DNA from: Ascidiella aspersa
Taxonomy: Eukaryota
Direction: 5' to 3'
Assembly: GCA_963924565.1 (NCBI GenBank)
Contig: OZ004610.1
Location: 12,462,001 to 12,526,000, forward strand
Length of the DNA stretch: 64,000 nt
The notes beneath the pieces were generated by a model that worked only from the letters and a program-made list of their open reading frames with translations, was not told where the DNA came from and did no database searches. Below are positions 1 to 16,406 of this stretch, piece after piece; position 1 is the first letter of the stretch, and each line of letters begins with the position of its first letter. The translations under genes and the position numbers were made by a program.

Positions 1-498
1 ATCCATTTTTTTTCTAGTCTCTTCAACATTGTCAAAAAAGGTGCCAGCATAAACTATCAGAGCCCTTAGTTCTTTTGTTGTTATATGAGTGTGTTCCTGT
101 ATTATCTTAACATGCTTGTTAAGTTTTTCCACTGGCAGCAAAAGACAGTTAGGAGTGTTGCTTAACATTGATTGCAATTCAGAAGTGTTAAGGTACTTCT
201 GGATGTTTTTAATTCTGTAAATTAGTTCCAAGGGTGATACATTCAAAATACCAGGACAACGTTTTACAGCTTCCTTCATCAAATTTTGTGTAATGCCAAA
301 TTCGCCATCTGGTGAAACACGTTTATGCAGTTCAACAGAAGATGAAGCAACTGTAACCATGTTCTCATAGTAGGGAATTACTGTTGAGGATGAACATCTC
401 AATAGTGATAAAGGTTTGAAAAGGTTTGATTTGTTGGGTGTTGAACCAGATTCATTTAACAAAACCTGACACAGCAACCTACAGGATTTTTTCCACAT
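1..498 (-). CDS. mTERF-family mitochondrial protein, MTERF4-like (5' part; runs off window edge)
   Basis: Open frame from ATG at 498 to position 1 (166 codons; absent from the ORF track because it has no stop): MWKKSCRLLCQVLL...FGITQNLMKEAVKRCPGILNVSPLELIYRIKNIQKYLNTSELQSMLSNTPNCLLLPVEKLNKHVKIIQEHTHITTKELRALI. Shows ~30-aa helical repeats with conserved Pro typical of mTERF motifs, in register with MTERF4 as recalled, and a basic N-terminus resembling a targeting peptide. Confidence 0.65.
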   Translation of the reverse strand, partial: MWKKSCRLLCQVLLNESGSTPNKSNLFKPLSLLRCSSSTVIPYYENMVTVASSSVELHKRVSPDGEFGITQNLMKEAVKRCPGILNVSPLELIYRIKNIQKYLNTSELQSMLSNTPNCLLLPVEKLNKHVKIIQEHTHITTKELRALIVYAGTFFDNVEETRKKMD

Positions 499-1161
499 TG
501 TACAACTGGGGATATTTTACTGCAATTAAAAATGCAACTGAATTGTGAGTTACTACATGTAAATTGAATTTTGGGTTTCCTTAATCGAGTGCGCATCTAT
601 ATTTCCGAAAACGTCAAGTTGTGGTAGCACTTCGAACCTCAGGTGTACATAAAACCTTGACTGGCAAATAACTTAACAATGAGTTTTGAATTTATTTTAG
701 TTGGGAACATGCTCTGATTTAGTTAAAAAATTGGCCTTGAGGTGTAGAAGTAAAGTTACCACCTTAAGTAAGCTGTGAAGTCACAGTTCAAAAAATAACA
801 ATATAAATAAAGGCATCGGCAAAACACCTATTCCTATATAGAGCAATACAAAGCCAACGTAGATCTCTCGAAATAAAACCAGGTGCGTTTGTGGTAATTT
901 AATAAGACGGTTAATTTCACAAGTCGTTGCTTATTTAAATCAAAGATTGCATACACGTGTTTGTATCATTAAATAAACCCTAAAACTTATTCGCAACCTG
1001 TCGTACTGGTATTTCTTTAATTTAAATCGTCGTATTCGGTCGTTCGCAGGCTTTCTTCTAATGTTTTACTCAGACCAAGTGATTCGCGTTTAGTTGTTTC
1101 GTTTTAGTAGGTGACAGGTCAGATACGTTTGTGCCACTAATCAAATTTGCAGAGCGTTTCG

Positions 1162-1938
1162 CGAATCGCACCCGATCCGTCAGAAATCAGTGCATATCTA
1201 AGCAAAAAGGTCTATGACAATCAGCGCATCCTAAGGCAGAAAAGTCTAGACTTTTAGACCTTGAGGTCTTGGACAATGCACTGATTGTGAGCCCTATGCA
1301 GATTTGGTTTGTGAGCGTTCACCCCATCCGTCAGAAATCAGTGCAGTTCTAAGCAAAAAGGTATGCGACAATCAGTGCATTCAAAGGATCAAAAAGTCCG
1401 ACTTTTAGGTCTTGGACAATGCACTAATTTGCATTAACAAATGTGCATAAGAAGATTAAGTTTAACAATACTTGACCCAACCAAACCCAAACGCTAACCA
1501 GCGCCCTAACCCAAATAATGTGCGATAATTTAATAATTATAACGCTTCAGGCCCCAATACATCAATTTGTGACGTAATAATCTTAAATGCAATTGACGAG
1601 AAACCATCTTATGCCCATCCGAGTTTGGGCTTTTTTCCCCAGCATTTAAAGAATTATTAAAATAACGCACATTCTTTGGATTAGGATTCGGGTTAGCGTT
1701 AGGGTTTAGGTGGGTCAAGTGTTATTAATCCTATCTCATACTTTTTGTTATCTTTTCTGAACTTTTAATGAATATTTTTAATTAATCTACGCCGGGAGTT
1801 TACCTAAAGGTCCAAATCAGTGCATTGCCAGGACCTCAAGGTCTAAAAGTCTAGACTTTTCTGCCATTGGATGCCCTGATTGTCGTAGACCTTTTTGCTT
1901 AGAAATGCACTGATTTCTAACGGATCGGGTGCGAATCG
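1162..1938. mobile_element. Foldback/MITE with ~125-bp terminal inverted repeats, a tandem second copy of the left TIR, and an inner inverted pair of degenerate TTAGGG-like cores
   Basis: 1162-1286 is the near reverse complement of 1816-1938; 1316-1430 is a diverged direct copy of the left arm; ~1462-1538 (cccaaacgctaacc...ccctaaccc) is inverted at ~1651-1728. TSD not resolved. Confidence 0.8.
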
Positions 1939-2115
1939 ACACTTCGTTTCAGTTGATTTATTTCGATCAAAATAAAGTCACGTTTTTTAGAGTTTACCAG
2001 TGCGTGACCAAATATATTTCAAGTTCACTGATGCGATACTTTATAGACAGTTTTGGGAGGTTTTCCGCTGTGTATTCTATTTGGTCTAAAAACAGGAAAT
2101 TAAATGTTTGGAAGT

Positions 2116-2316
2116 GGCTATTGCCGGATCGCTCTTTTACGCTTGCACCAATACGTGATTATTTACTGATTTGGCTAAGGGTTGGGGATAGGGTTTGGGA
2201 CTTTAGGTGGTGGTAGAATTAGATTCAATTTTTCGAGTTTTGCATAATTTCAATTATTATTTATTTTTTTTAAAGTGTAAGCGTTTTAAATTACTTTGTT
2301 ATCCGGGTAAATAGCC
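2116..2316. mobile_element. Merlin-like MITE (GGCTAT...ATAGCC) with G-rich telomere-like core
   Basis: Imperfect TIR ggctattgccggat / atccgggtaaatagcc; flanks tttggaagt / tcaggaagt resemble a degenerate 9-bp TSD; a miniature derivative follows at ~2332-2378. Confidence 0.55.
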
Positions 2317-2806
2317 TCAGGAAGTGCCTATAGGCTACTTGACCGGATCGCTCGTTACGTAGTGGCAGTAAATAGCCTCTTTCTAGTGTTTATGAAATTT
2401 TTAATGTCGTCTCTGCTGTTTGTGTCGTAGCACCGTGTTTAAACCTCTTACAATCAAACAGTCTTAGCGTTGAAACAGCGGTCATGCCTGGTATTTTTAA
2501 TTGGAATAGGCTATTTGCCCGTATGGTAACTGATTCATTTTCCATATGAAAAAATGATCCAGTCCCCGAAGTTAGAAATTTAAAGTTCGATAAACGGCTA
2601 TAGAATTAGTTTGCAACTAAGAAGTGCCGAAGTTTTACCACTCCTATACCAAAATTACAGTAGTGTTAATGCAAGCCCGGCAAATAGATTCTTCCTTTGT
2701 AATTTAGGCAAAACAACGAAAACAACAAAATAAATAATGTATCAATGAATGTTGTTAAAATTGATTTAATGATTTGCAGATTTAGTTAAAAGTTTTCTAG
2801 CAAAAT

Positions 2807-5642
2807 ATGAACTTGGAAAGAAATTTGGCAAAAGCTTTAGAAGAAAATAAGTCCGAAGAGGTTGCTGTTTTGTTATCTGAATATAACAATAAAGTAAGAA
2901 ATCCAACAATACACATTTCAATTATTTGCTTTACATATTTGTAAAGTTAATGCTTGTTTGATTTTCTAGCTTGAAAATACAAAAGATGCTGCAAACACAG
3001 AGTGTCCATCACGACAGGTATGATTTTATATATTTTTATATTTTATTTTTTAACAGGCTTTGTTTGACAGGACTTGACAAAGAGTTTATTAGGAAAACTT
3101 CAATCCAATGATATGTTAACATACGCTGTTGAGGCCTGGACTACCTTGAGGTTCATGTCTAGGGACAAAACTGTTGTACAAAAATGTTTTTGTAACTCAA
3201 ATGTACACAATTTACTTCTTAAAAATGCAAAGCTTGCTTTACAACAAGGTAAATTTATAATTACCCTATGACAATACACATTATATATGTATGCAAAACA
3301 TTTTCTAACAATAAGTGCCATTTTTTTGTTTATTTTATATTCTATCCGTAAAAAAATTGAATAACAAAAGTTAATGGTTTATGCTTGATCAGTAACTTAT
3401 GCCTTTATGTTCAGAAACTTCAGTGGACAGCAATGAACAGACAGAAGTCCTTGCTTTCAAATGTGTGTGCAATAGTATCTATTTATCGCGAGATTCAATG
3501 GTGAGTGAGTTTCATAGATTGTATTGTAAGCTTGATTACCCAACCTTGGTTTCATATTTTTAGAGCTGGTGCGGTGAACGCAATTTTCTTGAAGCATTGG
3601 TATTGAAGTGTGCACAGCATATTAAAAACAGCCATGATATTAATGTGTTGACATTAAAACTACTTTTCCTGACTTCTGCTTTAAATCCAGTTGGCCGTAA
3701 ATTGATCACAGATGAGTTTGATGGAAGACACAATGTTTTAAATCTACTTGAATACATTCTTAACAAACAAGACAAGAGGTAAATCCAGAAAATATGTTAA
3801 ATAATACAAAAAATCTTGCATTCATCTGGCAATTTTATTATTATTTAATAATGTAATAATGCGATGTGCTACCCTTTTTTTTTCAAAGTCTTGTTTTGTC
3901 AGCAGTGCTAAAGTTATTTTCTCGACTAAAGACACATCACTATGCAATGAAGTTTTAAAAGTAATGTTCAATCTCAACATGGATCTCCGACATAGAAAAA
4001 TCTTCACTGAGGTACCTTATATATTGTATATTTTTAGTTTACATAATTGTAGTAGTTTTACTGTATTTTTGTTTAGTCTGACATTGAGGACATGAATCGT
4101 GTCATGGATTACTGCAGGCTTATCCTTCTGGCATCCAGTGAAGATCCAAACTTGGTTCAGGATTTACACTGGTAAGTAGGGATGTCCGATACCAAATGAC
4201 GTCGTTATCATGCTTAAACAAGCAAACTAATTAAAAAAGTAATTTTTTTAAGTAATTAGGCTGATAAATTTTTTTAGTGTGAAGAAGTTTAGTTACATCC
4301 AGTGGTTACGTTCCTGATGGCTAAATGGTAACAGTGCACATATTTTAAATATGTTTATTACAGCTCAACAGGAAATGTAATCTATAGCATTCCCCCACGA
4401 TGTATGAATGTGGATATCTTGTTGCTATCGAAAAAAATTGAAAGTACAAAAGCTGACATGTCACCCATTGATATCTTGTTGGATATATTAAAGAAAAATG
4501 TTATGAATGTATGTACACAAACACTTAATATGTTATTGTAGTACATGTTTTTTTTTGTAGTACATCAAGGATTTTTTTTTATTATTTTAGAACATAATCA
4601 CCACTGAGGTATTGCAGCCCTTACTTGCCTTGTTAAGTGACCTAAGCAGAGTGTCCAGAGACATAAGAAGATATCTTAAAGATGTGAGTTACCAATACAA
4701 GATATAATAATAAGGTATAATTAAAAAAAATTGTATTCAGATTATACTGCCACCGCGAAGGGACTTCAAACATCGCCCTGAAGAGGGCCTACAATTTCGC
4801 AACAAGTTGATTAAGTTGTTTACACACAATAACACAAATGTTAAGCAGGGTGTTGCAGATTTCCTTTTTGTGCTCTGCAAGGAAAATGGTATCTACTGAT
4901 AACCTATATCTTTTTGTGTTGTTTTTTTTCTGCTCAGCTATTTAAAGCATCCGTATTGCCACTTGAGCAAAACAATAAATTTTGTGATTTTTTTCACGCC
5001 ACTTTAATTGCTGTTATACCATTACTGTTGTGCTTTAGTTGACAGGTTTGTTAAGTATACTGGATATGGAAATGCAGCTGGTTTATTGGCATCCCGTGGT
5101 TTGCTGGCTGGAGGACATGGTGAAACTGTTTATTCAGATACTGATGATGACAGTGACACAGAGGAGTATAAAGAAGTTAGCGATAAGTAAGAATGTGTTA
5201 ATTAATAATTGATTTGATAAATTTGTTGCAGATAACACACACCCCTCAGTTTCTGTAGTTTAGACTTGTTATTGTTAAGCAATACATGAATGTTAATCCT
5301 GTTATAGGATAAATCCAGTGACTGGACATGTACCTTTGCCTACTGCAAATCCTATGGAAGGAATGACAGATGAGCAAAAGGAATATCTTGCTGCAAAACT
5401 TGCTAATGACATTTCCAAACTATCCAGGTATTTATATGATACAAATCAGTTTGTTTATTTGCACCACAAATGAAGGCAATCAGTTAACTTGTTTAATTTG
5501 TACAACAAAAAGCAATGTCCATATATTTAGTGCTAACAGCGTAATTCAGCCAATGGGAATTGGGAGCGATGGAAAACTTATTCCTCTCCGTCAAGTTATG
5601 GAATCAACTTGTGTTGAAGAAGAAGCTACAGATTCGGATTAA
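2807..5642 (+). CDS. RIC8: Ric-8 / synembryn (G-alpha GEF and chaperone), 13 coding exons
   Basis: GT-AG exons approx 2807-2893, 2970-3017, 3071-3248, 3415-3500, 3564-3778, 3903-4011, 4077-4171, 4364-4508, 4591-4683, 4741-4888, 5039-5185, 5309-5427, 5531-5642 splice in frame. Signature motifs [61 protein letters not shown]. Confidence 0.93.
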
Positions 5643-5921
5643 AATATTTAGTTCTATGTTTTGCCTATTCAAGAATACAGTGTTTTATGTCTGAAATGCT
5701 ACTATATTTTTTACGTTTTCCTTCTATGTTGCTGATCATTCACACAAATAGCAATCGTGTTGTACTGTGAATAAAAATGACAAAGAGAAAAGCATGCAGT
5801 AGGAGTAGTAAGTCTTGGTATTCTTTGTCCACCAGGATATGTTTAGGATGGTGATGTAAACTCCAGTAAAGAAATTATTGCTGTTCACAATTGCGTTTGG
5901 TAGTTTAACAAAACACAGTGA

Positions 5922-6409
5922 TCAGTCAAGATTTGGTCTGTCTGGGGGTGGTCCGCAGGGCTGAAACATTTTGTCTAGCAAGTTAAACCGAACTCTTGCC
6001 TTGGACTCGTTTTCTGCAATAGCGATGTAGTTCAGAAGATCATGATGACCTGAAAAAGTAAACAACATACTAATGAAATATTGAAAGATAGATGTCCATG
6101 CGTGTACAACAAACTAGATGATTTATCCCTTATGAAATTGCGATAACCGCTTACATCTAGCACAGTACACCAGAAGCCTTCAAAAACTAACCGATCAGTT
6201 TGTTAATGATTTTGTCATTTAAGTCTGTCAAAGTCTTCCATTGTATAAGAATGAAATAAACTATGAAAATCTTTACCTAAATAAGAAGCAAGCGTATCTC
6301 TATGCTGGTTTGTCATCCAATCCCACTTTGTGGTATCAGAATGTCCTGTTCCAACATACTTGGATTGGAGATGCTCCATTTGGGAGAAAATATTGTATCT
6401 GTCACCCAT
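5922..6409 (-). CDS. SF3B5: Splicing factor 3B subunit 5 (SF3b10), 86 aa, 2 exons
   Basis: Exons 6277-6409 and 5922-6049 give 261 nt: MGDRYNIFSQMEHLQSKYVGTGHSDTTKWDWMTNQHRDTLASYLGHHDLLNYIAIAENESKARVRFNLLDKMFQPCGPPPDRPNLD*. Confidence 0.97.
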
Positions 6410-6638
6410 AGTGCAGTCTTGTAGATTAACAGATTTTTATATTACAAATGTCGTTTTATACTATTATATAACTTGATTTAGACCTATGTCCCTTAAAAGA
6501 AGCTTTGAGGATTAGGATATATTTACTTTAGGTGATTACTGATTACGCCTTATCAATCCGTACCACTACATTATTATCTACACTTATAAACGTAATTTCT
6601 TGGCTTTTTTGAGAAAACCTGGTTAGTCTGACTAAACG

Positions 6639-6974
6639 AGTGGTTCTCAACCTGTGGTACGCGTACCACTAGTGGTACGCGAAGTAATTTTGGGTGGTAC
6701 GCAGTATGTTTTTAAATAAAATTACAGTTTTACGAAAAAGTTTAGCATTTTTTCTATTGTAATAAACTATACATAGTTAAATATTTTATGATTCATCAAT
6801 GATAGGAATTATTATCTTTCCGAAACATCTATGCGAATTTATTTTATGACATCATAGAAAAACAACAAAGTATACATTTTGAGTAAAGTTGAGTTTTTCG
6901 ATAATTTCTTGGTACGCAACAAGATCATAGAACCTCGAGGTGGTACGCGGTGAAAGAAAGGTTGCGAACCACTG
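6639..6974. mobile_element. hAT/Charlie-type MITE between the divergent SF3B5 and TTLL1 starts
   Basis: Ends agtggttctcaacct / aggttgcgaaccactg; repeated subterminal ggtacgcg motifs; TSD not clear. Confidence 0.7.
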
Positions 6975-7470
6975 AAACGATAGACGTGCATAACAGATAA
7001 TCGTTTTTTGTACGTTCCTCGCATGAGTGGTTTGCTTTGCTTTTTTATAATTTTAATAGAAATTGTAAGTTGTTAACTTGTAATACGAAACATTTTCAAT
7101 ATGCTAAAACAATAAATTAATCTCAAAAACTCAATATTTTATTTTTGCAGTGATAATTTAATAGTTTAAAGTAGCAGTTTTGCAGTTTTTAGTAACAGTA
7201 CTAATTTATTTTTTACCGTTGCCAGGTCCGCTATTGTTAACTAATAAAACGCCATGTCCTTAAGGAGTCGTCAAAACAATCCCGACAAAATAGGTAACTT
7301 TTAGTTAGTAATGGTTATTACTTGTTTACTTTTTTACTTATGATTGTTAAACGTTATAAGATAGAAATTTCCAACTATATACTGACTCGTAATCTGGTCT
7401 GCACAAATACAAACCTCCCTACCTTTTGGTGGTATTACCACCATCACAATAAATTAAAATCCTTTTTTAG

Positions 7471-12141
<4,671 letters not shown>

Positions 12142-12928
12142 ACGCAGTGCATATCGCGCCCATGGCTTGGAACTGATGCTGTCGGAGTTATCGCTGGCAG
12201 GCAAAAGCGATTCACGAGATGCCGTGCTGGGTACTTTTGTAAAGTTCTTGATGCTTGTGTAGTGTTTCGCATGCACAAAAATCAAATTTTGCCGGGAAAC
12301 GCACGGCGTGTATAACTGTTTATGCTGACAAAATTTGATAAAACGGGCTTAGACATAGCCTACTGGAAAGTTAATCAAGCTTCTTTTTGTATTTTGAAAA
12401 CATTAAGCACACGAGAATTTACACTATATGACATATTAATAAACTCTAATTCATATATTAAGAATAAAAAAATATTAAAAATATTCATCAGTATGGGCAG
12501 TTTTTTGTTGAACTCAAATTCCAAATGAGTAGCGCCCCAACTTGCACTTTTTCAAACTTATGTTATCGCCCAAATTATAGTTTTAAAACAATTTCACAAT
12601 AAACTAAACCTCGTGATAAGTTTGTAAGCGTCTCAACATGCACCGAAAAAGCGGGATCCTGGAGACTAATTAATATGTTTAAAGCGCATGCAAAAACTTT
12701 GTACAAATACATGCTATTTGTCATCAATTTTCGCACTGTATAAATTACCTCGATTGGTGTCTAGAAGGTCATTTTAAACATTAAACACATAACACAATTT
12801 TGTTTTTTTCTATATCTCATTTTGTTCAAACCAATATGGTCTTTCGATTCGTCTTACTGAGGGGTAAGAGAGGGAAAGGCTGCAAAAACGCAAAATATAA
12901 AACTTAACAATTTTAGAACACTAATTCG

Positions 12929-13319
12929 CAGTTTTGTAATGACTTGAGTCATTCACTTGACAGTCTTTCGGACAAAGGACTTGACTTGAAGTCATTTTGT
13001 CAAATAACTTAGGATTAAATCATTTTTTTTATTAAAATTTAACAAGTTTAGCACAATAAACACTTTTATTGCTGTATATTGCGTTTGTGTTATTTTTTAG
13101 TTAAATTGTTGCTTATAAGCGGACGAGTTTGCCAATTTTAATAGTTTAACAGTTTACTTTTATGTCAATGACATGACTTGAAATTGACTTGCTCTCATAA
13201 TGACTTGACTGGGACTTGGCTTGGGTGACCGATGACTTGCACTGGGACTTGACTTGTTATTTTGCAAAATATTTGACTTGGACTTGAGTTATTTTCCAAA
13301 TGACTTGTTTACAACACTG
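12929..13319. mobile_element. hAT-like MITE with GACTT pentamer subterminal repeats
   Basis: Ends cagttttgtaa / ttacaacactg; dense gacttg repeats near both ends; a related inverted fragment (caagtc repeats) lies at ~55885-55970. Confidence 0.55.
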
Positions 13320-13463
13320 CTTCGCTCTCGGCTGCCTGTGGAGTTTAGTGTGTTTCTGTAACTTGTTAGTTTCAGGCAATCAAGGAGAATTGCCTCACGT
13401 TTAATGGGCTTTTTTCATTCTCTGCTGTCTTGGTTTTTGGCTAAGGCGTGTCTTATAATCATA

Positions 13464-13662
13464 TTTTTTTTAATATGTTTCCTGTTTTACAGTAGGTTTG
13501 TTTTTCTTTTAGCACAGTATATTGTTGAAGTAAAAAATAAAAAAGGTAAATATTTTTTATTTTTTTTCCTCCCCAGGTAGGCTAAACCCATAGTATTTCA
13601 CATTTTTATTTTTTACTTCGATGTACAAAGTTACTGTAAAACAGGCAACATATTGAAAAAAA
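13464..13662. repeat. AT-rich inverted repeat (foldback remnant)
   Basis: ttttttaatatgtttcctgttttacagta (~13464-13493) pairs with tactgtaaaacaggcaacatattgaaaaaa (~13632-13662); inner arms gaagtaaaaaataaaaa / tttttattttttacttc. Confidence 0.55.
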
Positions 13663-13880
13663 ATAGGTACAAGTTTGAAAAAAATAGGTACAACTTTGAA
13701 TTTCATACAGTGTTTTGGGTTTGTAAGGGAGGACTTAAAAACTACAATGTTTTAGACTTAACAAACGTTATATTTGAAAGCTAGAAATCAATAGTTGGCT
13801 ACACACAGGTTCACCGGTAGCCTATATAATTAAGGCTTGGATGCTCAAGGTGAGTCAATTGTCTATCTTCTTAAGCAAAC

Positions 13881-15371
13881 CAGGGCAACATACGACCCGC
13901 GGGCCAGATCCGGCCCGCCAGGCAATTTAATCCGACCCGCGAATTTTTTCTGCCTTTCTCGTATGTTGCACGCGACTTTCTGGCATTTACAAAAAAACGT
14001 CCTCTGCACTGTGCACTCTCTCCAACGAAAATTTAACGCACTTATCCTATTATATGTTTTTTGCGCTTCAACCAAATGCATTCCATCCGTCTTTAAAATA
14101 TGAACGTGTATATTTCAACAGGGAGACTTGACCACCGTGCTATCTGAACTCCACTATATCAAAACTAAACAAACTGTCGTAGCATTTCAAAGTGCATACT
14201 GTCAGGTCGTTTATAGTTTTATTGTAGGCTACATTCACATAATTCAGCATTGTTCGCTTTCAATAAAATGGCTTACAGCGCAGTAAAAACACGTGTTGCT
14301 AGTAAGGAGTGCATCGTTGACGGATTTTCAGTGGAATTCGGATACGACTAACGTTACAGTAAAAGCGAATGCGTTGAGGATTAAAACTGGCCAGCTAACG
14401 AGTAGGATGCAAGGAAAGGAAATATTCCAGAACGACTTAAACAGGCACGCACAACGAACACAGTAAATAACAAAGGGCCTACCGACGGCGGGACCTCTAC
14501 ACACGAAATACCCCTCTGTTTTTTAAATACCGATCCAATTTTGTCAACTTAACTTAGTTAATGTCATGCTGTGTGTTTCTCCCGATTTATACTGTCTTTG
14601 TAATATGGTAACTTAAAGCCTCAAATAGAAAAAAAACATTGTATTTTTTTGTGCGAATTTTTTACGTATTTTAACTAGGGAGTCGAACCGTTAGACTTTT
14701 CCGGTTTAGGTTCAGTTCGGGTTCAAGGATTTTATAATCTTTGAATTGTAAGTCATTTAATCTAAGTTACGTGTAAAAAACCAGCAACCTATTATTGTAA
14801 TATCTAAAAAATAAAAAAAAATCAATGTTGTTTTAATCAATATTCAAATTTTGACTCTGTAAAATAGGCCTACAAGTTGTGGCGTCTTGCTGGAGTGTAG
14901 CGCTATTGTTTACAGGTTCGGTTAAGGTTCATGTAAGTTCAAATTATTCGGTTCAGCTCCTTAAAATCTTACAAAAAACGGTTCAGGTCCGGATTTTAAC
15001 CTTAACTTTTGGGTCAACGCGCCAACAAACGCCAATATATCAAGCAAAGTGCGTTGTTTATCTGTGCTCAATGCGTCACGTCCACCCCCGAATATAAATT
15101 AAAGTTTGCATTAAAAAAAAATATACCGGTAGTTGCAATTTTTTCGCGTTTCGCGCAACGACTTGTCGATCACCGTTTCTTTAAATTCGACTTAAATTGC
15201 ACATTTTCGCACAACTCCAAACGTAACAAAAAGTTCGTTAGCTTATTTGTTTTATAGCGTCAGAGTATGACGTCATATTGCACGGGTTTGATATCCTATT
15301 TTTTACCCGGCCCGCCACAACATTTTAAGCTTCTCCTGCGGCCCGCGGTAAAAAATAATTGCCCACCCCTG
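13881..15371. mobile_element. hAT/Charlie-like non-autonomous element containing a nested GGTTC-family MITE (~14676-15000)
   Basis: Left end cagggcaacatacgacccgcgggccagatccggcccgc; right end gcggcccgcggtaaaaaataattgcccacccctg. The internal segment starting tagggagtcgaaccg is a deleted copy of the 20035-20629 element. Confidence 0.65.
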
Positions 15372-15777
15372 GAATACATCCAACTTTTGCAAAGTGCGAC
15401 GTAGAAGCAATTTTTTTATAATTTAACCCTTACTGTGCGGTTGGTCAATTGGTTGATGCAGCGTCAACGTTTCAATTCATAATTTCTTACTTCACTCTCA
15501 TAGTCATACGGACGAGCGAAATTCCTCCACCTTGTCTTAATATTGAAATACCTTCATGTATACGTTTCTTATAAGACTAAACAAATAGTACCCCAAATAC
15601 TAGCAATCTAAGAAATGGTTCAGTTTGTCTTTATATTTTTCAACGGTATATATTATACCTAATTTTGTTTATTTAATGACATGCTTGCAGAGTTGCTTAA
15701 CTTTAGCTGAGTGTAGCAACGTTTTGTCAAAGATAAAAAAAATATTGGGATTGAAGTACTTTGATCAGCCTTTAATC

Positions 15778-16089
15778 CAGTGTTTCCCAAAGTTTTTTAG
15801 CTCGCGGCAATCTAAAAAAATCTTAACTATTTCGCGGCACACTTTTAACAGAACAACAATAGATTAATCTTTCCATCGCCCTTAACACACGACAAACTAT
15901 ATATATGTAACAGTCTCAAAACTATTAATTTGTCATGAATAGTGCGTATTTAAGTCGAAAATGCTTGCGTGTATGCCTATTCGTAATAAAAAAAAATCTC
16001 TTTTCCGAAAATACAAAAAGTTTCGCGGCACACTTGACAATCTCTTGAGGCACACTAGTGTGCCGCGTCACATAGTTTGGGAATCACTG
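15778..16089. mobile_element. hAT-type MITE
   Basis: TIR cagtgtttcccaaa / tttgggaatcactg; perfect 8-bp TSD ctttaatc on both sides; gcggcaca subterminal motifs. Confidence 0.88.
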
Positions 16090-16406
16090 CTTTAATCATT
16101 ATGACGAATCACAGTTTATATTTATATAAATTTGTACAACCATGTTTTTTTGGCATCTGTATTATGAAATTTTATTTGTGTACTAGCATCTTGTACAGAA
16201 ATTACTTAACTTGCAATATTTTTTCTATGCTGATAAAAATGAATAATGCACAACACAGTATCAAATATCATAATAATAATTTGATTCATACAAAGCTGAC
16301 AATGAAATGTTGAAATGGTGCCCGTAATTCTGTAAGCCTGCTACATATGTCTAACACATTCCATAAAATAAAAAGTGCCATAAAATATCACAAACAGGCA
16401 ATGAAA

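Noticed and set aside
1162-1430. CRISPR-like direct repeats
   Set aside because: Only two long diverged copies plus an inverted copy, no spacer array or cas genes, and a eukaryotic context.
1530-1718. ORF with NPNANPNPNP repeat
   Set aside because: It is the translation of the CCCTAA-like MITE core, not a protein.
1462-1728. Interstitial telomere or chromosome fusion scar
   Set aside because: The repeats are short, degenerate, enclosed by TIRs and recur elsewhere in the window, which fits transposon cargo.
1-2807. Conserved microsynteny with human RIC8B-MTERF2
   Set aside because: The protein here resembles MTERF4 more than MTERF2, so the adjacency may be coincidence; phylogeny is needed.
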